A stretch of DNA of 24,000 bases, taken from positions 188,742-212,741 of the forward strand of contig NZ_QSNG01000001.1 in NCBI RefSeq assembly GCF_003416765.1, written 5' to 3'. Source of the DNA: Paratractidigestivibacter faecalis (GTDB lineage: Bacteria > Actinomycetota > Coriobacteriia > Coriobacteriales > Atopobiaceae). The translations under genes and the position numbers were made by a program. A model generated the notes under the pieces. That model did not search any database, was not told the origin of the DNA, and worked only from the letters and a program-made list of their open reading frames with translations. Below, one piece after another: positions 7,488-13,820 of the stretch. Position 1 is the stretch's first letter. Each line of letters opens with the position of its first letter.

Positions 7488-8663
7488 ATGCGCTACGACT
7501 TCGATCGCGTGATTGACAGGATGGGTACCTACAGCACGCAGTGGGACTACGCCGCCGACCGCTTTGGCAGGCCGGACGTCCTTCCCTTCTCCATCTCCGA
7601 CACCGACTTCGCCGTTCCCGACGAGGTCATGGGCGCGCTCCGTGCCCGTATGGAACACCCCATCTTTGGGTACACGCGTTGGAATCACGCCGACTACAAG
7701 TCAGGCGTCGTCGGCTGGTTCGAGCGTGATGGGGTATCCCATGTGGACATGGACTGGGTTGTCTACAGCCCCAGCGTCATCTACTCTGCCGCCTCCATCA
7801 TCCGCCTGGCGAGCGAGCCGGGGGATGCCGTGGTCACCCTGAGCCCCATGTACGATGCGTTCTATGGCCTCATCGAGGGAAACGGCCGCACGCTTCTCTC
7901 CGTGAGCCAGGCGAGCGCGATGGATGGCTACGGGCTCGACTGGGACGCCCTCGAGGCGGCACTGGCCAGGCGAGAGTCCAAGGTCATGCTGCTCACCAAC
8001 CCCCACAACCCCACCGGCAAGGTCTTCAGCAGAGAAGAGCTCGAGCGCATCGTCGAGCTCTGCGACAGGCATGGGGTCTTTCTCGTGTCGGATGACATCC
8101 ACCGCGATGTCATCCTGGGCGAAGTGCCCTACACGCCCGTCACCGACGTGACGACTAAGGGCGTCGCTCTTCTCTGTTCGGCCTCCAAGACGTTCAACAC
8201 GCCCGGCCTCATCGGCTCGTACGCCCTCTTGCCGGAGGAGGGCCTGAGGGAGCGCTTCCTCTATGAGCTCAAGCAGAAGAACGCCCTCTCGAGCGTGAGC
8301 ATCCTCGGCATGACCGCCCAGATGGAGGCGTACCGCTCGGGCTCCGAGTACGTCAGCGAGATGGTCTCCTACGTCCGGGCCAACATGGAGGCGCTCAAGG
8401 CGTTTCTCGACGAGAGTCTCCCTGAGATCAGGTTCGAGGTCCCCGAGGGAACCTACCTTGCCTGGATGGACGCGTCCGGCCTTGGCCTTGAGGCTTCCGA
8501 GCTGCAGCGAAGGCTTGTGGACGTCGGCCACGTTGGCATAATGTCTGGCGAGACGTACGGCGGCGCGGGGTACCTGCGCATGAACCTCGCCTGCCCAAGG
8601 TCAAAGGTGGAGAGGGGGATGGAGCGGATGCTTCGGGGCATTCGCCTGCAGACGTCATGCTAA
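7488..8663 (+). CDS. PLP-dependent C-S beta-lyase / cystathionine beta-lyase of the MalY/PatB family (class I/II aminotransferase fold)
   Basis: 391 aa. N-terminal 'YDFDRVIDRMGTYSTQWDY' signature of MalY/PatB-type enzymes, 'NPHNPTGKVF', and PLP-lysine motif 'CSASKTFNTPGL'. SD aaaggagaggg upstream. Confidence 0.85.
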   Translation: MRYDFDRVIDRMGTYSTQWDYAADRFGRPDVLPFSISDTDFAVPDEVMGALRARMEHPIFGYTRWNHADYKSGVVGWFERDGVSHVDMDWVVYSPSVIYSAASIIRLASEPGDAVVTLSPMYDAFYGLIEGNGRTLLSVSQASAMDGYGLDWDALEAALARRESKVMLLTNPHNPTGKVFSREELERIVELCDRHGVFLVSDDIHRDVILGEVPYTPVTDVTTKGVALLCSASKTFNTPGLIGSYALLPEEGLRERFLYELKQKNALSSVSILGMTAQMEAYRSGSEYVSEMVSYVRANMEALKAFLDESLPEIRFEVPEGTYLAWMDASGLGLEASELQRRLVDVGHVGIMSGETYGGAGYLRMNLACPRSKVERGMERMLRGIRLQTSC

Positions 8664-10420
8664 GCAAGAGGCAAAGACAGCTCCTTCGGACGCTCGACGA
8701 GGGCCCTCGCTCTGGCTCCGAGCTCGCCCGGGCCCTGGGGGTCTCCCGCCGCACGGTCATTCGCGAGGTGGCCAGCGTCAGCGCGTGGCTCGAGTCCATG
8801 GGCGCGGGCAGCATAGCGAGCGATCCCAACTACCACCTCGTGGTGACGTCGGACGAGGCGCTCGCGTCGCTTCTCTCGCAGGACCTCTCGGATGAGGCTC
8901 GCGTCCTGTTGTGCGTTCTCAGGACCCCGGGCGTCGCAATCGCCCAGGTGGCCGAGGAGACCTACCTGTCCCCGAGGGCCGTCCGCGCCGCCATGGCCGA
9001 GGCCAACGACCGCCTCCAGGGAATCGCAAGCCTGGAGGCTCGCGTCGGCTACGGCATCGACGCCCGCTTCACGGGCATGGAGGCCCCTGACCTTCTCGCC
9101 GCGCTTGCCATGGACAACTCGGGCGTCTTGGCCGAGCTTGAACGCTCCTGCGGCGTCGACTCCCTGATGCGCATGGTTGGCGAGAAGAGCGACGAGTATC
9201 GGCTGCTCATGGAGCCCTACCTCTCCCAGGGGCAGCTCAGGATTCAGACCCTCGCCGCCGCATACTGCTGCGCGTGGATCGTGCCCGACTCAACGGGCGT
9301 GGCGGATGCCCGCGTCCGCGCCGTCTCGCTGTTCCAGGGGCGCAAGCAGCGTCTTCTGTACCGGCTGATCACGCATCGGGCGGCCATTCTGGCGCGAATC
9401 AACGAGGCCCTCTCCTCCCATGGCATAAGGCCAACCAGAGAGGACCTGGGTAGCCTCATCTTTGACCACGTGCTGCGCTGCGCGCTCTTTCCCACGCTCA
9501 TGTCTGCGGAGATCCAGGGACAGATGCGCTCCATGCGCATGGAGCATCCGTTTGAGTTCGACTTCGGAAGCGACCTTTCCGAGAGCTTCAGGGAGTTTGA
9601 CGAGCACCTGTATGTGGAGCCCGACTTTCTTTCTCTCTACGTGCTGGCGTCTCTCGAGCACTACTCCCAGCGGCCCGTCCGCGTTCTTCTGGTCTGCAGC
9701 CGTCCCTCCGTGGCGACCATCAACAAGACCCTGATCGAGCGTGGCGTCGATGGCGTAGAGATAGAGCTCGCCGATGACGAGGCCCAGGCAAAGAGGCTCC
9801 TTGAGCAGGGGACTCATGACTTGGTGGTCGGCGACTCCATCGTTGCCTCGAGGTTCAGCGCCGGGCACGACTGGGACCTCTCGTTCTCGGGAGTCCTGTC
9901 TGCGGCGGAGGTGGACCGCATACGCCAGCTTGCGCTGCGGGTTCTCTACGAGTGCGACATAGAGAACCTCCTGCCCAAGGGCAGCTACCTCGAGCTGCAT
10001 GTCGGGGGGACCGACTACCTCTCCGAGCTCTCCTGCGGGCTCAAGGTCCTGGAGGAGAGGGGCGCGTTGTCCGCGGAGGAGACGGGCCTGATCCTCGACA
10101 GGGAGAACCAGGGCGAGCGGCTGCAGCTCGACGGGGTTGCCTTTCCGCACTCCATCACCCCCGTCATGTCGGCCACCTTCCGGCTCCTCGTCATCCGTCC
10201 GGACGTGCCGCTGCGCGATGGGGGTGAGTCCATCGGCCTCATTGTCATCACGCTTGCCAGCCAGCGGCTTGCGGACAAGAGCAGCATGTTCAACTACCTC
10301 TTCTCCGTCATGCACGACGCCGAGCGCTCGCACGCGCGGCTTCCGCGCAGCTACGGGGAGGTCGTCTCGTTCCTGAGGCGTGACTTTGGCTATGCCAGCC
10401 AAGCGAAAGAGGGGGAGTGA
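8657..10420 (+). CDS. PTS-controlled transcriptional regulator of the MtlR/LicR/FrvR type (HTH - PRD-like - EIIB-like - EIIA-like)
   Basis: 587 aa. N-terminal HTH 'KRQRQLLRTLDEGPRSGSELARALGVSRRTVIREV', then a second HTH-like segment. The central His-containing helical region ('LIFDHVLRCALFP', 'MRMEHPFEF') is consistent with a PRD. 'VRVLLVCSRPSVATINK' resembles an EIIB-like Cys loop. The C-terminal EIIA-2-like domain has 'LDGVAFPHSITP'. The ATG overlaps the lyase stop (ATGCTAA, 8657-8663). There is no AAA+/sigma-54 module. Confidence 0.75.
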   Translation: MLSKRQRQLLRTLDEGPRSGSELARALGVSRRTVIREVASVSAWLESMGAGSIASDPNYHLVVTSDEALASLLSQDLSDEARVLLCVLRTPGVAIAQVAEETYLSPRAVRAAMAEANDRLQGIASLEARVGYGIDARFTGMEAPDLLAALAMDNSGVLAELERSCGVDSLMRMVGEKSDEYRLLMEPYLSQGQLRIQTLAAAYCCAWIVPDSTGVADARVRAVSLFQGRKQRLLYRLITHRAAILARINEALSSHGIRPTREDLGSLIFDHVLRCALFPTLMSAEIQGQMRSMRMEHPFEFDFGSDLSESFREFDEHLYVEPDFLSLYVLASLEHYSQRPVRVLLVCSRPSVATINKTLIERGVDGVEIELADDEAQAKRLLEQGTHDLVVGDSIVASRFSAGHDWDLSFSGVLSAAEVDRIRQLALRVLYECDIENLLPKGSYLELHVGGTDYLSELSCGLKVLEERGALSAEETGLILDRENQGERLQLDGVAFPHSITPVMSATFRLLVIRPDVPLRDGGESIGLIVITLASQRLADKSSMFNYLFSVMHDAERSHARLPRSYGEVVSFLRRDFGYASQAKEGE

Positions 10421-10424
10421 GCCC

Positions 10425-11828
10425 GTGGGAGAGACGTCTTCGAGGCGGCAGATCGAGGCATACGTCAACGAGGTCTGGCCCGACTACCTGCGTGACCTGG
10501 AGTGCCTAGTTGCGGTTCCGAGCGTGGTCGACGAGTCCGCCTCGGCTCCCGGCGCCCCCTGGGGGCCAAGCTGCCGCGAGGCCCTGGACGTGGCGATGGG
10601 CATAGCCGAGCGCCAGGGGCTCATCGTGGGCGACTGCGATGGCGCCCTTGCCTACGGCGACCTTCCGGGCGAGACCGACGAGCAGGTTGCCACCATTGCG
10701 CACGTCGACGTGGTCCCGGCTGGCGAGGGGTGGGACGTCGAGCCCTTTGCCGTGACCCGCCGCGATGGCGTGCTTCTTGGACGCGGCGTGCTCGACGACA
10801 AGGGGGCTGCCGTGGCCTCGCTCTATGCCGCGGGCTACCTTGCCCGTCGCGCGGCGTCGGGCCGTCCCTTCCGCCGCTCCCTCAGGTGCCTTCTCGGCGC
10901 GTCCGAGGAGGCTGGCATGATGGACGTCCGCCGCTACCTCGCTAGCCACGAGCCGCCCGGCTTCCTGTTCACGCCAGATGCCGAGTTTCCCGTCTGCTGT
11001 GGCGAGAAGGGCTGCGTCAACGCCGAGGTTAGCCATGCCGTTGACCATACGGGCGTGATCGCTTCCCTGTCTGGTGGCGTGGCGAGAAACGCCGTTCCCG
11101 CCCGCGCCGAGGCCGTTTTGAGGGTGGACGCGCAAGGGCTGCCCGCGGCCGAGGGCGTGGACGTGGCCTCTGCCGGAGCAGGCGCCTCTCGGGTCATTGC
11201 CCATGGGGTCGCAGGGCACGCAGCAGAGCCGGCGGGCGCGACTAACGCAATAGGGGTGCTTGCGAACTACCTCCTGAGGCTTGGCTGCCTGGGGCCCTCC
11301 GAGCGCGAGTTTGTCTCCCTTTGCAAGAGGGCTGTTTGCGCGTGGGACGGCTCGGGCCTCGGGATTGAGGCGAGCGATGAGCTGTTTGGCCCCCTGACCT
11401 GCGTCGGAGGAATGCTCTGGACGCGGGAGGGGAGGTTTGCGCTGACCCTGGACGTTCGTCTTCCGGCCGCGGCCGGCGTGGAGAGCGTCTGCTCCGGGCT
11501 GGAGCGGGCCGGGTCCGAGCATGGCTGCGAGGTCCTCATAACCCACACGCGGCAGACCTTCTCGACAGATCCGGGCTCTGGGGAGGTTATGGCGCTTCGC
11601 CGTGCCTACGAGGAGTTCTCGGGCCGGGAGGCAACGCCCTTCGCCATCGGCGGGGGAACGTACGCCCACCACTTCCCCAGCGCCGTTGGGTTTGGGCCGC
11701 TTGACCGCTCCGAGCCCCTGCCGGACTGGGTCGGTCCGGAGCACGGCCCCAACGAGGGCGTTTGGGAGCATCAGCTCAAGCGTGCCCTGGCAATCTACAT
11801 CCGGGCCCTGGAGGGGCTTCTGGCCTAG
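10425..11828 (+). CDS. M20-family dipeptidase (PepV/Sapep-like)
   Basis: 'IAHVDVVPAGEGWDVEPF', 'GRGVLDDKGAAVASLYA' and 'GASEEAGMMD' are the metal-binding and catalytic motifs of M20A dipeptidases. Preferred start is GTG 10425 (SD agagggggag at 10407-10416, 8-nt spacing; 467 aa). The alternative ATG 10392 would overlap the regulator gene by 29 nt. Confidence 0.8.
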   Translation: MGETSSRRQIEAYVNEVWPDYLRDLECLVAVPSVVDESASAPGAPWGPSCREALDVAMGIAERQGLIVGDCDGALAYGDLPGETDEQVATIAHVDVVPAGEGWDVEPFAVTRRDGVLLGRGVLDDKGAAVASLYAAGYLARRAASGRPFRRSLRCLLGASEEAGMMDVRRYLASHEPPGFLFTPDAEFPVCCGEKGCVNAEVSHAVDHTGVIASLSGGVARNAVPARAEAVLRVDAQGLPAAEGVDVASAGAGASRVIAHGVAGHAAEPAGATNAIGVLANYLLRLGCLGPSEREFVSLCKRAVCAWDGSGLGIEASDELFGPLTCVGGMLWTREGRFALTLDVRLPAAAGVESVCSGLERAGSEHGCEVLITHTRQTFSTDPGSGEVMALRRAYEEFSGREATPFAIGGGTYAHHFPSAVGFGPLDRSEPLPDWVGPEHGPNEGVWEHQLKRALAIYIRALEGLLA

Positions 11829-11909
11829 CCGCCGCGCCGCCGGCCTAGCGGTCGGCGTTGCATTCTCGCCAGGCGAGAAGCGCCTGCGGCATTTCTGGCG
11901 AGTTTTGCC

Positions 11910-11992
11910 TTGAACCAAGTAGTTCAATTTTGTCGTGCTATAGTTGCCACAAGTTCAATTTCAAAGTTGAACTTCAGTCCTCAAATTGAACT
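11910..11992 (+). promoter_or_regulatory. AT-rich promoter/operator array upstream of the HTH-aminotransferase gene
   Basis: Extended -10 tgcTATAGT (11936-11944). Inverted repeat ttgaac-N6-gttcaa (11910-11927). 24-bp near-perfect palindrome aagttcaatttcaaagttgaactt (11951-11974). The 10-mer agttcaattt occurs at 11921 and 11952 and as its reverse complement aaattgaact at 11983, giving exact 31-nt spacing. Confidence 0.55.
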
Positions 11993-12008
11993 ACGGGAGA
12001 AGCACACG

Positions 12009-13550
12009 ATGGCACGGGAGACTTTCCAGACAAGACTCAAGAGGGCCATGGAGAGTGCCGGCCTCAAGCAGGTCGACCTCGTGCGCATTGCCGCCGAGCG
12101 TGGGGCCAAGCTCGGAAAGAGCCAGGTCAGCCAGTATGTCTCGGGCAAGGTCACGCCCCGAAGGGACGTCATGGAGCTCCTTGCCGGCGTCCTTGGGGTC
12201 ACGCCCCAGTGGCTTATGGGCGCCACGGACGCCATGCCTGACGAAGTCGCGCCCGCGGACGCCACGGCCGAGACCGCCGCGCCCCAAGCCCCGAGCACTT
12301 CTCGCCAAAAGACAACGGACCAAGGGAGCGTCACCATGCGAGAGTTCAAGAAGTCCAACAAGCTCGACAACGTCCTGTACGACGTCCGCGGCCCCGTGGT
12401 GGACGAGGCCGCCCGCATGGAGGAGGACGGTGCGCGCATCCTGAAGCTCAACATCGGCAACCCGGCGCCGTTTGGCTTCAGGGCTCCCGACGAGGTGGTC
12501 TACGACATGCGCCAGCAGCTCACGGACTGCGAGGGCTACTCGGACTCCCGCGGTCTCTTTGCCGCGCGCAAGGCCATCATGCAGTACGCCCAGCTGCGCA
12601 ACATCCCCAACGTGGACATGAAGCACATCTACACCGGCAACGGCGTCTCCGAGCTCATCCAGCTCTCCATGCACGCGCTCGTCGACGACGGCGACGAGGT
12701 GCTCATCCCCAGCCCGGACTACCCGCTGTGGACCGCCTGCGTCACCCTGGCCGGCGGCCACGCCGTCCACTACGTCTGCGACGAGCAGAACGAGTGGAAC
12801 CCTGACCTGGCCGACATGGAGTCCAAGGTCACCAGCCGCACCAAGGCCATCGTGGTCATCAACCCCAACAACCCCACGGGTGCCGTCTACTCCAAGGAGG
12901 TTCTGGAGGGCATCGTCGAGATCGCCCGCAAGCACCAGCTCATGATCTTTGCCGACGAGATCTACGATCGCCTGATTATGGACGGCTACCAGCACACCTC
13001 CATCGCCTCGCTCGCGCCCGACCTGCCGTGCGTGACGTTCTCCGGCCTCTCCAAGTCCCATATGATCTGCGGCTACCGCGTGGGTTGGATGGTGCTCTCG
13101 GGCAACCAGCGCTGCATGAGGGACTTCATCTACGGCGTCAACATGCTGTCCAACATGCGCCTGTGCTCCAACGTGCCCGCGCAGTCCATCGTCCAGACGG
13201 CCCTGGGCGGCTACCAGAGCGTCAACGAGTACATCCGCCCCGGCGGCCGCGTCTACGAGCAGCGCAACTACGTCTACGAGGCGCTCAACGCCATCGACGG
13301 CATTACGGCCGTCAAGCCCAAGGCGGCCTTCTACATCTTCCCCAAGATGGACGTCAAGAAGTTCAACATCACGGACGACGAGCAGTTTGCCCTTGACCTG
13401 CTGCACCAGAAGAAGATCCTCATCACCCGCGGCGGCGGCTTCAACTGGGGTGAGCCCGACCACTTCCGCATTGTCTACCTGCCGCGCATGGAGGTGCTCA
13501 GGGAGTCCATGGAGGACCTCGCGGACTTCTTCGCGCACTATCGCCAGTAG
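12009..13550 (+). CDS. XRE-family HTH domain fused to an AlaA/AlaT-type PLP-dependent aminotransferase
   Basis: Start moved to ATG 12009. Residues 1-~72 form an XRE HTH ('LKQVDLVRIAAERGAKLGKSQVSQYVSGKVTPRRDVMELLAGVLGVTPQWLMG'), followed by a ~35-aa Ala/Pro/Thr linker. From M110 ('MREFKKSNKLDNVLYDVRGP') there is a full aminotransferase: 'KLNIGNP', 'VVINPNNPTGAVY', PLP-lysine 'SGLSKSHMICGYRVGW'. One uninterrupted frame, 513 aa. Confidence 0.85.
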   Translation: MARETFQTRLKRAMESAGLKQVDLVRIAAERGAKLGKSQVSQYVSGKVTPRRDVMELLAGVLGVTPQWLMGATDAMPDEVAPADATAETAAPQAPSTSRQKTTDQGSVTMREFKKSNKLDNVLYDVRGPVVDEAARMEEDGARILKLNIGNPAPFGFRAPDEVVYDMRQQLTDCEGYSDSRGLFAARKAIMQYAQLRNIPNVDMKHIYTGNGVSELIQLSMHALVDDGDEVLIPSPDYPLWTACVTLAGGHAVHYVCDEQNEWNPDLADMESKVTSRTKAIVVINPNNPTGAVYSKEVLEGIVEIARKHQLMIFADEIYDRLIMDGYQHTSIASLAPDLPCVTFSGLSKSHMICGYRVGWMVLSGNQRCMRDFIYGVNMLSNMRLCSNVPAQSIVQTALGGYQSVNEYIRPGGRVYEQRNYVYEALNAIDGITAVKPKAAFYIFPKMDVKKFNITDDEQFALDLLHQKKILITRGGGFNWGEPDHFRIVYLPRMEVLRESMEDLADFFAHYRQ

Positions 13551-13820
13551 CGGGTCGCCCGGGGTCTCGCAGCCATCGGTCCACCCAGGCCGCCTCGCCG
13601 TCTGCCGGTGCGTCACGCACCTGTAACGGCGGGGCGGCTACATTTTTCCTACATGTCGGATTGCGCCCCCGCTCCGTGGCGGGCGTTTGGATTGCGGCGT
13701 TACTGTGTGCACGCACTTTGTCTACCTGCGGACTTGTTTCTGCAACGTAAACTTGTGAGCTTGTGAAGCGGCGCATGGTGCGCCGCGCTGTGAACGCCCG
13801 TGGGGCGCAGAAGGAGACGC

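Noticed and set aside
11822-11849. Direct repeat GGCCTAGC ... GGCCTAGC (11822-11829 and 11842-11849) straddling the dipeptidase stop codon
   Set aside because: An 8-mer repeated once in GC-rich DNA is within chance expectation. There are no associated inverted repeats or mobile-element genes.
502-13616. Other long opposite-strand or alternative-frame ORFs: 502..1758(+), 2603..3643(-), 5949..7688(-), 7701..8531(-), 9290..10468(-), 10506..11927(-), 11991..13616(-), plus the many 60-160-aa Pro/Arg/Ser/Thr-rich ORFs
   Set aside because: Each mirrors a gene with clear family motifs on the other strand or frame. They lack SD sequences and have the Arg/Gly/Ala/His/Pro-rich composition typical of out-of-frame or antisense translation of GC-rich coding DNA.
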